The notes below the pieces were generated by a model. The model was not told the DNA's origin, made no database searches, and saw only the letters and a list, made by a program, of their open reading frames with translations. A stretch of DNA of 46,698 nt, taken from the NCBI GenBank assembly GCA_963816185.1, contig CAWFJJ010000012.1:1-46698 (forward strand), read 5' to 3'. Positions within the stretch are counted from its first letter, which is position 1; the number at the start of each line of letters is the position of its first letter. Shown here piece by piece: positions 1 to 11,275 of this stretch. The position numbers and the translations under genes were made by a program. Source of the DNA: Thermoanaerobaculia bacterium. Lineage in GTDB: Bacteria; Acidobacteriota; Thermoanaerobaculia; UBA5066.

Positions 1-166
1 AGGCGTACGACGCGCTCCCGCTCGACCCCTCTCGAGGTACCGGTTCACCGTGGCCCGGGCGAAAGAGGGCCCGCCTGCCGAAGGGTGCTGCGGTATATCG
101 ATTCACCTTGACGGTTCACGATCTGTCGGATAATGCCCGCCCGTCGCCGGTCGAGGGAGGCTGACC

Positions 167-894
167 ATGAAGATATCCGCTCGCCTCGCGCTCCCGATTG
201 CCGTGGCCGCGCTGCTCACCGGCTGCGCGCATACCGTCGAACCGAAGGTAGAACCAACGGTCGAACCGAACGGTCGAACCGAAGGTCGAAATGAAGATGG
301 CGGTCGAGGTCCTTTCCGAGCCCGAGAAAGCCACCGTGTCCTACAAGGGAGAGGTCGTCGGGGAGACGCCGAAATCTCTCAACGTGAGCACGTTCGAGGA
401 CGTCTCTTCGATCACCGTGACGAGCGCCGGATCTCGAGGTCATCGAAAAGCGCATCCGCACCCTCTCGCCCGATCAGGCCCAGGTCATCTTCCGCCTGGG
501 GAAGGGAGGCATCTCACCCATCGCGAAGAAGCTCGGCCTGACGCACATCCTCATCTTCGAGTACGGCGAGAAGGTCTGTTTCGATTCGGCCAAGGCCGAC
601 CTCAAGCCGGACGCGCTCCCCGTGCTCGTGAGGCAGGCCGAGATCCTGAATCAGTACTTTCCCAAGGCCGCCGTCTACGTCTGCGGCTACACGGACTCGA
701 CAGGCAGCGATGCCTTGAACGACAGGCTCTCGCTCCAGCGCGCCGAGACCGTGCGGACCTTCCTCGTGAGTCACAACGTGGACGCCGCCCGCCTCAAGAC
801 AGAAGGCTTCGGCAAGCAGTTCGAGGTCGCCTCGAACGCGACACCCGAGGGGCGCGCCTTGAATCGCCGGACGGAGGTCATCCTTCCGGAATGA
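167..894 (+). pseudogene. PEGA + OmpA-like peptidoglycan-binding lipoprotein, split by two +1 frameshifts
   Basis: Lipobox LTGC after a hydrophobic signal. PEGA-like SEPEKATV..GETP in the 291 frame. OmpA C-terminal motifs GYTDSTGS..LSLQRA..GFG..NRRTE in the 622 frame. Shifts lie at the 13-bp repeat unit 260-272 and near 430. Confidence 0.8.
236..290 (+). repeat. 12-bp tandem repeat (GTCGAACCGAAG-like, encoding VEPK/VEPT), about 4.5 units, one unit 13 bp
   Basis: Units at 236, 248, 260 (13 bp), 273 and 285 (partial). Confidence 0.85.
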
Positions 895-952
895 GCTTCA
901 TCGGGCCGACCGCGCGCGGCTCGTCGTCCTGCTTGCGTTCTGCGAGCTGACT

Positions 953-1178
953 TCATATCTCGCCCGGCCGCTTGCAAGTCACGAGGTGGCTCCTGAACCG
1001 ATCGCCCGGCGGGTCGCCAGCCCTCGCGTATTCCACGCGAGGAGGGTCTGTACGTCTCGTCGAGCTTGAACCGTCCGTCAGCGACGGGCCTCTGGTCGAG
1101 CGGAATCCGCGTTCTGTCAACGACCGTTTCAGCCCAGATAATCGGGGCGTTGCACGCGCGGCAGCGAGCTTCGTTCAT
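953..1178 (-). pseudogene. Small phage-like CxxC...HxxxC zinc-binding protein, copy 1 (one +1 frameshift)
   Basis: MNEARCRACNAPIIWAET..RIPLD..SHLVTC. 226 bp. Close paralog at 12287-12512. Confidence 0.6.
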
Positions 1179-1324
1179 CGAAACAGCTTCCTGTGCCCGT
1201 TCTTCTTCGGGCCCCCACGTCGCGGCCGCGGAGGAGCGAAGAAGTCCAGCACATTCGCGGGCAGCGGAGCCTCGGGCGCACCCGTAGGCGGCACGTCGAG
1301 ATCCGGGGAGCGGCGCGTGGCCAT
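1175..1324 (-). CDS. 49-aa small protein (MATRRSPD...EAPLPANV...KLFR)
   Basis: ATGA overlap with the downstream gene. EAPLPANV is shared with 12987-13196. Confidence 0.45.
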   Translation of the reverse strand: MATRRSPDLDVPPTGAPEAPLPANVLDFFAPPRPRRGGPKKNGHRKLFR

Positions 1325-1382
1325 GGTGCGGAAAGTCTCTCACGCCAGGGCCTCGCGCAAGCGTCGGCTGTAGGATCCGCAC

Positions 1383-1739
1383 GTGGCATGGTTCGCCCGC
1401 ATCGCCGGGTTTTTCAAGAGACGGCCGGCCCCTTCGACGACAGTCAGGAGGAGCGGCGAACGGGTAAGGCGAGTGAGTGACTCGGTGATGGCCGTATGTC
1501 TCTTCTGCGGTCGAACCGGCTCTGTACGGCCTTTCGCAACGACGGTGCAGCTCGACTGTTCAGACTGCGGGCCGTGCGAGGTGACAGTCGAAGTGATGCG
1601 CCTCCTCCGCGCCGACGCGAACCTAAGGGAAGCGGTCCGGCGACAGGTGCGGCGACACCTTGACACCGGCGCCGAAAGGCCGCTCGTCAATCCCGAATTC
1701 ATCCAGTCGATCAAAGGGCGTCCGCGCTCGGCGCATTGA
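1383..1739 (+). CDS. Small zinc-ribbon-like protein (CxxC...CxxC), copy 1
   Basis: CLFC and CSDC motifs. Near-identical paralogs at 13285-13623 and 27651-27855. TAGGAT lies 6 nt upstream of the GTG. Confidence 0.7.
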   Translation: MAWFARIAGFFKRRPAPSTTVRRSGERVRRVSDSVMAVCLFCGRTGSVRPFATTVQLDCSDCGPCEVTVEVMRLLRADANLREAVRRQVRRHLDTGAERPLVNPEFIQSIKGRPRSAH

Positions 1740-1904
1740 CACGCTGCCCCATGTCCGCCGGCATCGCCGGCAAGTCTTTCTCCCCGATCGGCTCGAACCT
1801 GCCGGACTTCGATAACTACTTCTGCCGTGACTGCCGGCGGATCGTTCACGTCCGGAAGGCATCGCCCGGCTTTCGCGCGTGCCCGAGTCCGGGATGCATG
1901 AGGC

Positions 1905-1963
1905 TGTAGGGGCGCAACGGGAATTGCTGGGGGTTCTGTGGCGCGAAGAGACTAAGGTCACGC
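1905..1963 (+). repeat. Solo left end of IS481/IS3-like element (R30 repeat plus leader)
   Basis: TGTAGGGGCGCAACGGGAATTGCTGGGGG followed by the conserved leader TGTGGCGCGAAGAGAC..GTCACGC. Confidence 0.85.
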
Positions 1964-2254
1964 TCCTCGACGCCCTCCAAGCCGAGGCCGCGTACGAGAG
2001 CAAGTTCAAGAAGCTGCCGTTCGGCCTGGGGGAAAAAACTGCTTCCCCCGCCAACGATCGAGATCACTGAAGCGCGCTGGCAAAGTCTGCGCGCCCGGAT
2101 CTCCGGGTTCTTCCCGGTCGTGAAGTTCGGTGGATCATGAGGCCAGTCCTCACCAGGATCGCATCCGACTGCCGAAACGTGCGCCGGTGAAGGAGGAAGG
2201 CGTCCCCTTGGTGGTTCCGCGGCTCAGTCTCGATGGAGACAGCCTCACGGTCGG
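1964..2254 (+). pseudogene. 5'-truncated copy of the hypothetical gene at 26481-26753 plus downstream DNA
   Basis: Aligns with 26578-26867 (LQAEAAYESK.KKLPFGLG). Confidence 0.75.
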
Positions 2255-2746
2255 AGACTTCGTCTTCACGACCCAGTAAGTCTTCCTGGCCAAGACGGCC
2301 GACGATGCGGTCGCACGGACGTTCGGCGTTGTCGAAGCAGCGGCAGCAGCAGCCCACCGCAGCAGATCTCCTCCCAACAGCTTCTAGCTCGGCCTCTCAA
2401 GACGCTTCTCGCCATGGCGGATCCACGCACGCGGTTCGAGCGACGGTCGCGGAGGCAGATTTTGTCTGATCCAAGTGAACAGCAGAAGCCAAAAACTGGC
2501 ATCGCAGGGCGCTAGACGAGGTTTTTGCCGTGGTCCGCAGTTTGCGTGTGACCGGCACCGGTCCGCCAGGGTCTATGCCTAATCGCTAGGAGGCCGCTTG
2601 AAGTTCGCTGTTTCGCTGCGCGCTGTTCTGCTCGCGGGAACCTCCGCTGGGCGCGGGCCCGCGTCCGCTCTCCGGCATCCACGAAGATGCGACTTGCTCC
2701 ACATCAACCGGGATGGGCGCTCGCTGAGTCCTGATGGCGGTGGAAA

Positions 2747-2971
2747 GTGAGTAAGGCCTACGCTTGTCCTGCCTGCCGTGATTCAGGGTTCCGTTTCGTC
2801 GCAGTCCACGATCCGGCCAGCGCCAACGTCAATTCAACAGGGTATGTGTTTCGCTGGCAACCATGCAACGCTAACCCCTGCCTCGCTCCCGATGACGAAG
2901 ACACACTTTCTCTCCGGAGTAAGAATGAGCCGAGGACTGCTGCGAGACGACTGGAATCAAGCGGCGGCTAG
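2747..2971 (+). CDS. Small Cys-rich hypothetical protein
   Basis: CPACRDSGF...C...C pattern only. Confidence 0.35.
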   Translation: MSKAYACPACRDSGFRFVAVHDPASANVNSTGYVFRWQPCNANPCLAPDDEDTLSLRSKNEPRTAARRLESSGG

Positions 2972-3347
2972 GGGTGCGGCGGACGGCATCCTAAGCCGGC
3001 ACACCCCGGTGTACTTCGTGTCGGTGGCGCGTTAACGGAACGGCGCGAGTTGTCCGGTGCTAAGCCGAAGTACCCGGACGCGGCACGAGGTCAGCCTGTC
3101 GATCGCCAGCGCACCGTCTGTAGGGTCGCGGAGCATCTTAGGAATACCGATGCGGCCGTTCCGTGCGGTGCGCCGACGGAGCACGGACCTGGTCCGGCAA
3201 TCAGCAGGGCCGCCCACCTCTCGAGGCGGGTTCCTTATCGTGTGCGTTGATAATGGAGGCCTGCCACTCGGATGGGATCGGCCACAACCGAGAAAGGGGA
3301 AGAGAGGAAAGCCGAGGAAGTGGTTCTGTGGGCTGGGTCTCACACCC

Positions 3348-4457
3348 ATGGGAACCAACGTACCGCATATGAGCTCAGAGGGCAGTCCGATACCGGTACG
3401 CGGTCTCGACCAAGACGCCGCTGAGGTCGCGCTGGGGCCGGATCCCGGTGTGACGGAGACGGAGAAGGTCGCGTCGTTGTTCGCCGAGATACTTGGGCTA
3501 GAGCGGGTTGGAGGCGGGGACGATTTCTTCGACCTCGGGGGGACCTCGATGGACGCAGAGGAGGCGATCAATCGCCTGTCGGAGATCTTCGGCCGGCAGC
3601 TCGAAACGGCGGAGTTCTTGCGGACCCCGACGCCTGCCGCCCTCGCCCTACGGATGACGGGACCGCCTCTGCAGGCGGCCGACCCGCTCGTCCCTCTCCG
3701 GCGGGGCCTCGGCCTGCCCGTTTTCCTCTTCCCCGCTCCCAACACAGGAAGCCTCGTCCGCCTCGCTCACTGGAGGCTCGTACATCGGGTGGTAGAGGAC
3801 CGCCCGTTTCTCGCGTTCGACCCGTGCGAGAGCGCCCTGCTCCCGACGTCCGACCTCGCGGAGGTGGCGCTGCGGACGCTTCGGACGGCCCAGCCCCGAG
3901 GACCGTACGCCCTCGTGGGGGAGTGTGCTGCCGGCATCCTCGCCTGGGAGATTGCGCGCCGGCTCTCAGAGGAGCAAGAGCGTGTCGATCTTCTCGCTCT
4001 GATCGACTCCCCTTGGCGGCCTTATTGGGGGCGGCGGCCGAGAGGCCCGTTCCGTTGGAATCCGGCTCGGTGGCGCGGCGACCTCGTCCATCGAGTCGGA
4101 CGTCACCTCCACACGTTGCGCGGCCTCTCCGTGGAGAAATGGCCGGTGTACTTGTGGGAGAAAGGCGTCGCCGCCCGAGCGACATGGCGGAGGGTCCGCA
4201 GCCCCGAGATCGCGGAGCGGCGACACCGCCGGGAGCGATACGCCGAGGCCCTCGGCGCTATACCTCCCAGACCATGGCCGGGTCGTCTTCGTTTCGTCCA
4301 GAGCGCCGATCCGCTGCACCGGCACGACGCCGAGGGTTGGGCGACACTGGCTGAATCGTTTGAGGTCGTCCGTGTCCCGGTCGAGCACAGAGTGTTGCTC
4401 GGCGGCCACGTGGAGCTCGTGGCGGCGACTCTGTCAGGCTGGCTCCGCCAGACCTGA
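3348..4457 (+). CDS. Stand-alone carrier protein (PP-binding) + thioesterase didomain
   Basis: DDFFDLGGTS phosphopantetheine site. AQPRGPYALVGECAAG..LALIDS..EH thioesterase fold. Start uncertain (3348 or 3369). Confidence 0.8.
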   Translation: MGTNVPHMSSEGSPIPVRGLDQDAAEVALGPDPGVTETEKVASLFAEILGLERVGGGDDFFDLGGTSMDAEEAINRLSEIFGRQLETAEFLRTPTPAALALRMTGPPLQAADPLVPLRRGLGLPVFLFPAPNTGSLVRLAHWRLVHRVVEDRPFLAFDPCESALLPTSDLAEVALRTLRTAQPRGPYALVGECAAGILAWEIARRLSEEQERVDLLALIDSPWRPYWGRRPRGPFRWNPARWRGDLVHRVGRHLHTLRGLSVEKWPVYLWEKGVAARATWRRVRSPEIAERRHRRERYAEALGAIPPRPWPGRLRFVQSADPLHRHDAEGWATLAESFEVVRVPVEHRVLLGGHVELVAATLSGWLRQT

Positions 4458-4485
4458 CACCAGCGGAGACTGTTCTCTCTCGAGT

Positions 4486-4675
4486 TGTAGTGGCGCAATG
4501 GGCGTGGCTGCGACCGAATTTGGCCGGCTTCGCGAGATTCGCTGGAATGTAGGGGTGCAATGGGAATTGCCGGGGGCTGTAGGGGCGCAATGGGAATTGC
4601 CGGGGGCATATAGCGCATGAAACCCTTGCCATTCTGCCGACTTCTCGTCTCCGCCGAAGCATTTTGATCCCGGCA
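4486..4675 (+). repeat. Degenerate R30 (4486) plus R30 doublet (4548, 4578) and variant leader
   Basis: Two copies at an exact 30-bp period. The leader GCGCATGAAA..TTTTGATCCCG is shared with 23178. Confidence 0.9.
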
Positions 4676-4676
4676 G

Positions 4677-5458
4677 GCCCTGCTCCTCAGGATGACGCGT
4701 GAGGCTGCCGAAATCCTCGGGGCGCCATGGGACAAGGTCCCCGAACGCCAGCGCCCGCAATACGTGCCCGAGCAGCGCTTTCGGATCCTGCACATTCGGA
4801 GTTTCCTCGGGCTCTCGCAGCGCGAGACAGCTGAGATGTTTCGAGTGTCGGTCGAGACGATCGCACGGTGGGAGATGGAGACAACGAGCGCGGACGGCGA
4901 GGCCCCACGTCCCCTGGTTGCGCCGAATCCTCCCGTCCGGCGCTTCGCCGACGTGGTCAGGGCCGTCGTGAAGACGATGGAGCTGGCTGGCTTCGGAGGA
5001 AATGACCTAATCGCACGAACGCTGGCCCGTGCGGGCTGGAAGCTGTCGGCGAGGACTGTGGGGCGGATCCGAAAGGGGGGTTGGCCAGCGCCCCGTGTGC
5101 GGGAGAAGGCCTCGACGGTTCCGCGAGCCGTTAAGGCAAAGCGCCCGAATCACGTCTGGATGGTGGATCTGACCGACGTGAAGGAGCTCTTCGGGATCGT
5201 GACGTTCAAAATCGCGGTCGTGTTCGATGCGTTCTCGCGGATGCCGCTCTCGGCCAGGGTGTTTTCCAAGGAGGCCTCTGTCCTTGAGATCGCCCGGTTC
5301 GTCGCGAAAGCCGCGCCCTTCATGCGCTCTTTCCGGTCAACGGCAGGCGGCAGTTCTTCGGCCCTGTCCGCCCTCCTGCGCGCCTCACACCTTTTCGGCC
5401 TTGCCCTCGGCTCGGCGCTCGGTCGGCTCCGGGAATCGGGGGCGACGGCTGCGGCGCG
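4677..5458 (+). pseudogene. Scrambled DDE (rve-like) transposase fragments of the R30 element
   Basis: HTH LGLSQRETAEMFRVSVETIARWE and RPNHVWMVDLT..FDAFSR up to ~5315, then a restart of the N-terminus (ATG 5322, LLRASHLFGLALGSALG). Homologous to 45705-46698. Confidence 0.85.
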
Positions 5459-5508
5459 CACGCCTTACGCGGGTGTCGTCGAGAGCGACGCCTTTGGCGG
5501 TCGCATCG

Positions 5509-5892
5509 TCACGGCTTCTGACTGATGAAGAGTTTGTTGCCGTAGAGATCCTCCAGTTGCACGCCCGTCCCCCACGGACCCGATTGTGGCTCGCCGAGGA
5601 ACTGCACGCCGAGAGGCTTCATCCGCATGTAGTCGCCAATGCAGTCGGATGTGTCCAGCCCCAGGAGGGCGTGACTGCCGGCTTGCTTGCCCACCAGCGC
5701 CTTGTCCTCGGCGGTCTTGGCGAGCTCGAGCGCGAGGGTGAACTCCCGGTTCTTCGGCAGCGAAATCGTGACCCAGCGACCTTCACCGAATGGCTTGTCC
5801 TCGATGAGCTCGAAGCCGAGCTTCAGCGTGTAGAACTCGATAGCCGCATCGTAGTCGTGGACCAGCACGCTAATGATCTTGACCTTGTTCAT
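5509..5892 (-). CDS. VOC / glyoxalase / bleomycin-resistance family protein
   Basis: SVLVHDYDAAIEFY..KLGF and PWG..EDLYGN motifs. Confidence 0.9.
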   Translation of the reverse strand: MNKVKIISVLVHDYDAAIEFYTLKLGFELIEDKPFGEGRWVTISLPKNREFTLALELAKTAEDKALVGKQAGSHALLGLDTSDCIGDYMRMKPLGVQFLGEPQSGPWGTGVQLEDLYGNKLFISQKP

Positions 5893-5933
5893 TCCTGTCG
5901 GTTTCCTCTTGAGTGGTTTGCCACGCGGTCAAT

Positions 5934-6803
5934 CTAGCCTCGGCCGGGCGACGGAACTTGTAAAAAAACGACATTGTCGTGGTCGCGAAAAAAGCCCTGG
6001 ATAGCTCGCATCTCCCGGGCGAAGTTGCCGGGCGTTCGGCCGGAAAACCCCCTGAAATCGTGGACGAAGTGGGCCTGGTCGGTGTACCCGTACTCGTGGG
6101 CCAGCATGGTCAAGCTCTGGTCCGGATCGACCATCAGCCGTTTGCGGATCTCCTCGAAACGGATCGCTCGGGCCAGAGTCTTTGGTGAAACGCCGACCAC
6201 GTCTTGGAACTGCCGCTGCAGCTGGCGGCTCGACAGATTGCAATGCGCCGCTAGCTCGGCCGCTCGAAACTGGCCCTTCTGGAGGTGCAACATTTGCGCC
6301 GCGGCCTTGATCTTCTTCAGATCGACCGTCGAAGTGAGGAGACTCTCAATCAGGTGGTCTTCGACGGTGGTGACCGCGGCGTCGTAGTCACCCGCGAGAA
6401 CGGCGGGCTCGACCTTCTTCGCCAGGTCGTCCCACTTGTGCCCGAGCGTCGTCCCCAGGTTGTTGACGCCCCGCGCCCGATCGGCGAGGAACGGGAGGGC
6501 GCCCCAGGCATGGAATCGTGTCGCCACAAGCTTGGCCCTGCCCCGGCAACGGAAAAGCAGGGGTTTCTGCTGAAAGCCAACGAGGATGGCCCTTGGCATC
6601 TCGCGATCGGGCACGCCCGCCGTGTGCAGGACGTACGGAGCGCCGAAGTTGAGGATCAGCTCAATGAAGGCATCCGGCGTCACGTCCTCGGCGGGATGCT
6701 CCGGCGTGTACTCCCGCTCCATGATCCAGAAGCACTTGACGTGATCCTGAAGCGATGCGTGAGGCAGGTACTCCTTGTATTTCACCTTCGACTCCCTTTC
6801 CAC
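5934..6803 (-). CDS. AraC-family transcriptional regulator
   Basis: LSSRQLQRQF..VGVSPK..GYTDQAHFVHDFR..GRTP. Directly upstream of the VOC gene. Confidence 0.9.
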   Translation of the reverse strand: MERESKVKYKEYLPHASLQDHVKCFWIMEREYTPEHPAEDVTPDAFIELILNFGAPYVLHTAGVPDREMPRAILVGFQQKPLLFRCRGRAKLVATRFHAWGALPFLADRARGVNNLGTTLGHKWDDLAKKVEPAVLAGDYDAAVTTVEDHLIESLLTSTVDLKKIKAAAQMLHLQKGQFRAAELAAHCNLSSRQLQRQFQDVVGVSPKTLARAIRFEEIRKRLMVDPDQSLTMLAHEYGYTDQAHFVHDFRGFSGRTPGNFAREMRAIQGFFRDHDNVVFLQVPSPGRG

Positions 6804-6955
6804 GTTACCCCACCCGCATCGTCTCCGCCGCCGCCACGGTAGCGTCAGGCACGCCTTCCAAGCGCCGGCGGAGATCAGGGTTGATCGCGCTGGTACTTGC
6901 GCCCTCTTCTCTGCACACGGTCCGATAACGTGTCATTTGTCAGAGTGACGGGAAT

Positions 6956-7112
6956 TGTAGGGGCGCAATGGGAATTGCCGGGGGTCTTGTGGCGCGTAGA
7001 GACGAGGGTCACCCCACCGGTACCTTCATCAAACCCGCCCCGAGGACGGGCATTCTGGTCCGGACCGGGCCCTTCATGCACTCTTCTCGGCCGCTGCGAG
7101 GCGGCAGTCCCG
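6956..7112 (+). repeat. R30 left end plus full leader plus first codons of the transposase (ATG 7076)
   Basis: TGTAGGGGCGCAATGGGAATTGCCGGGG..GACGGGCATTCTGG..TTCATGCACTCT. Confidence 0.9.
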
Positions 7113-7201
7113 GCCATTCTGTCGGAGGCCGTTCGCTCGACCTGGTAGCTCTTCCCGTGCTCCTGAGCGCGGGAAACGCTGGTCTCCGAGCGCCAGGACG
7201 T

Positions 7202-7228
7202 GCCGCAATTCCCATCGCGGCCCCAATA
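7202..7228 (-). repeat. Degenerate inverted R30
   Basis: GCCGCAATTCCCATCGCGGCCCC. Confidence 0.6.
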
Positions 7229-7272
7229 GTGTTCAAAACCTGACCGCCTCCTACCTTGAAGCGCCGATATGT

Positions 7273-7301
7273 TTGACAGACCTCGAATTCCAACCTATGT
7301 T
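7273..7301 (+). promoter_or_regulatory. Sigma70-type promoter of groESL
   Basis: TTGACA (7273-7278), 17 bp, TATGTT (7296-7301). Confidence 0.75.
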
Positions 7302-7302
7302 T

Positions 7303-7329
7303 CTGGCACTCACCCGGTGAGACTGCTAA
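7303..7329 (+). promoter_or_regulatory. CIRCE element (HrcA operator)
   Basis: CTGGCACTC-N9-GACTGCTAA versus consensus TTAGCACTC-N9-GAGTGCTAA, upstream of groES. Confidence 0.85.
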
Positions 7330-7402
7330 TTAGAGCGCCGGGGAGTAACACAAACAACGAGGGCATCGGACGCCCCCGCAGTCGACTGAAAGGAGTCCGA
7401 AA

Positions 7403-7696
7403 ATGAAAGTTCGTCCCCTCTACGACCGGATTCTCGTCAAGCGCATCGAGCAGGAAGAGCAAAAGCGCGGCGGGATCATCATCCCCGACACCGCCAAGGA
7501 GAAGCCGATGGAGGCCAAGGTCGAGGCCGTCGGCGAAGGCAAATTCGACGACAACGGCAAGCGGATCCCGCTCGACGTCAAGAAGGGCGACCGAATCCTG
7601 ATCGGCAAGTACGCCGGCACCGAGATCAAGATCGAAGACGACGAGTACCTCATCCTCCGTGAGGACGAAGTGCTCGCGATCGTCGAGACGAAGTAA
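7403..7696 (+). CDS. groES: Co-chaperonin GroES
   Basis: [42 protein letters not shown]. Confidence 0.98.
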   Translation: MKVRPLYDRILVKRIEQEEQKRGGIIIPDTAKEKPMEAKVEAVGEGKFDDNGKRIPLDVKKGDRILIGKYAGTEIKIEDDEYLILREDEVLAIVETK

Positions 7697-9352
<1,656 letters not shown>

Positions 9353-9444
9353 GTCCCAAATCCCCCAGCTTTCGATTCTCTCGTTTCTCGACCCCGCATT
9401 CGCGGGGCCGACTTGTCCTCGGCGATCTTCGGCCCTTGCCGCCC

Positions 9445-9534
9445 TGTAGTGGTGCAATGGGAATTGCGGGGGGCCGTGGCGCGTAGTGACCAGGGCCACG
9501 CCCCGGCATCTTCCTCGATTCCGGCCCGCGGACG
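9445..9534 (+). repeat. R30 solo left end plus leader
   Basis: TGTAGTGGTGCAATGGGAATTGCGGGGGGCCGTGGCGCGTAG. Confidence 0.85.
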
Positions 9535-9989
9535 TCGCGTCGACGCGCTGGACGCGACGCCAGAAGACCCTGCGCCTGCTGCGGGCCTAAGTCCTGACGG
9601 CCCTAAGAGCCCGCACCCCTCGAGCGTAAGCCTGCCGACGTAGCCGTATCCCTCGGGGCTCAGTATCAAGACCTGGTCTCCGCTGGCGGTCTCCAGGAGG
9701 ATCGCCGCATCCCTCGACGGGTCGTAGCGTTCCACTGGCCGTTGTTACCAGCATCGCGGAGCCCGGATGAGGCTCGAGCCGAGCGGCAATCTCCGCCACA
9801 GTCTCGTAGCGTGCCTCGTCGTCACCCGTCCGAATGAGGCAGCCGCGACCGGCGATCTCGAAGGCTCGTCGGGCGTCGTCGATGGTATCGGCGATGTTCA
9901 CGGGCGGGGTCTGGCAGATTGCCTCCGGCGCCGCTGCGAATCTGGCAAGGGGCCTCTGCCCTACCGCGAAGGATGGAGGCCGTCTGGGT

Positions 9990-10607
9990 CTAGACGTGAA
10001 GAATCGTGCGACCGCGCCGCTTGGCCAACCGGCCGAAGTAGAGACAGTACAGTTCGTGGCTCTTGCCAAGGATCAAGCACTGGCACTCGTGGTGTGGTAA
10101 GCCCTCGAATTCACGGGTGTCCACTCGAGGCGCGAGCACCAACGCGACATCCTGCGTCTTCGTGAAGACGGTACGCAGCAGGCTGTCGGCTGGTGGGCGG
10201 GTGTTCGAATTCAGGAATCGGTAAACGTGATGTGGCCCAGAAACGGCCCAGTCCGGATCCAAGAAAGCCGAGTCGACTCGAGGGAGACGTTCGAAGAGCA
10301 CCGTATTAAGGACATCGCCTTTCACGAAGGTCACGACGTGATCGACACCGGCACGCGACACGTTGGCTTGCGCCTGCTGTTGATGGAGAGGCTCGATTTC
10401 GACGGTCACGACCTGCTCTGCCACGCGTGCGAGAGCTATTGTCATGAACCCCGCACCCGTACAGGTCTCGAGCACGACGCTCCCCCGAAAGCGTTCAGCC
10501 ATGGCCGCCGCGAGCCGGTGATCGATGCCCATAATGTAGGTGTGCTCGTTCACGAGGTAGTCATCGCCGAACTTCTCGTGCACCGCCCCTGGATCGACGA
10601 CAGGCAT
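9990..10607 (-). CDS. Class I SAM-dependent methyltransferase (TGS1/RsmD-like)
   Basis: VLETCTGAG motif I, VEIE, GD and AFLDPDW. SD GGAGG. Confidence 0.85.
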   Translation of the reverse strand: MPVVDPGAVHEKFGDDYLVNEHTYIMGIDHRLAAAMAERFRGSVVLETCTGAGFMTIALARVAEQVVTVEIEPLHQQQAQANVSRAGVDHVVTFVKGDVLNTVLFERLPRVDSAFLDPDWAVSGPHHVYRFLNSNTRPPADSLLRTVFTKTQDVALVLAPRVDTREFEGLPHHECQCLILGKSHELYCLYFGRLAKRRGRTILHV

Positions 10608-10662
10608 TCCGCTCCTCCCGACTCCGCTGTAGATTCTACGAGGCGTCCGGCTGCGGGCGCGC

Positions 10663-10725
10663 GTTCAACAACGCGTCACCACGGGACTCGCTTGCGGTCC
10701 CCGCTGAGCGCGCTATCGTTTGGGC
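10663..10725 (+). other. Degenerate integron attC-like site
   Basis: RYYYAAC (GTTCAAC), imperfect hairpin CGCGTCA/TGAGCGCG and GGGAC/GTCCC, then GTT(T)GGGC 11 bp before an ATG. Confidence 0.45.
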
Positions 10726-10736
10726 GGAACAACGCC

Positions 10737-11116
10737 ATGCTTACTACCCGAATCGACCGTTCGTAGCTTCATTAGACGCATCAACGCCCACGCTCTGCAC
10801 ACCCGGTCACATCTTTACGGACAGCCTCGGCAGCTGCCTGACAGGCCACGCGGCTCTTTTTCCAGCGTGGCAGGGTTACTTCTCGTTGTTTCCGAACTAC
10901 CGAGTTCAGGTTTCAAGGCTCTTCGCCTCTGGCAGTGTTGTTGCGGTGTTTGGCTCTGCAGGCGGAACCCTCGCCGGCGCTGAGGATCCTTCGGTATCGT
11001 CGTGGTCCATCCCTGCAGCCTGGCGCGCCGTTGTTAGGCACGGCCTCGTCGCGCAGTGGCAGGTCTTCGCCGACAACAAGCCCGCCTACGAACTTCTCGC
11101 CAGAACCAAGCGCTAG
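10737..11116 (+). pseudogene. SnoaL/NTF2-like protein, frameshifted or internally deleted
   Basis: VRSFIRRINAH.. and FPNYRVQV..WSIPAAWRAVVRHGLVAQWQVFADN occur in different frames. Confidence 0.65.
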
Positions 11117-11275
11117 AGCTGCACCACCACATCCAACGTGCTCCGCTCCAGACTAGCTTGCCCTCCAACCTTTGAACCGTTCCGCGTGCCCCCTCACCGC
11201 AGCGGAGTCACTGCGTTCGCCGCTGAACGACCGGAGTAATCTGGGCCGCGTGCGCCAGAACCCGCCGGAGGTCAC

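Noticed and set aside
9392-9407. groEL rho-independent terminator
   Set aside because: CCCCGC-ATTC-GCGGGG is only a 6-bp stem with no U-tract.
9587-9901. Frameshifted minus-strand hypothetical gene (VNIADTIDDARR.. / ..ERYDPSRDAAILLE..)
   Set aside because: Plausible remnant, but there is no family evidence and the boundaries are unclear, so it is not listed as a feature.
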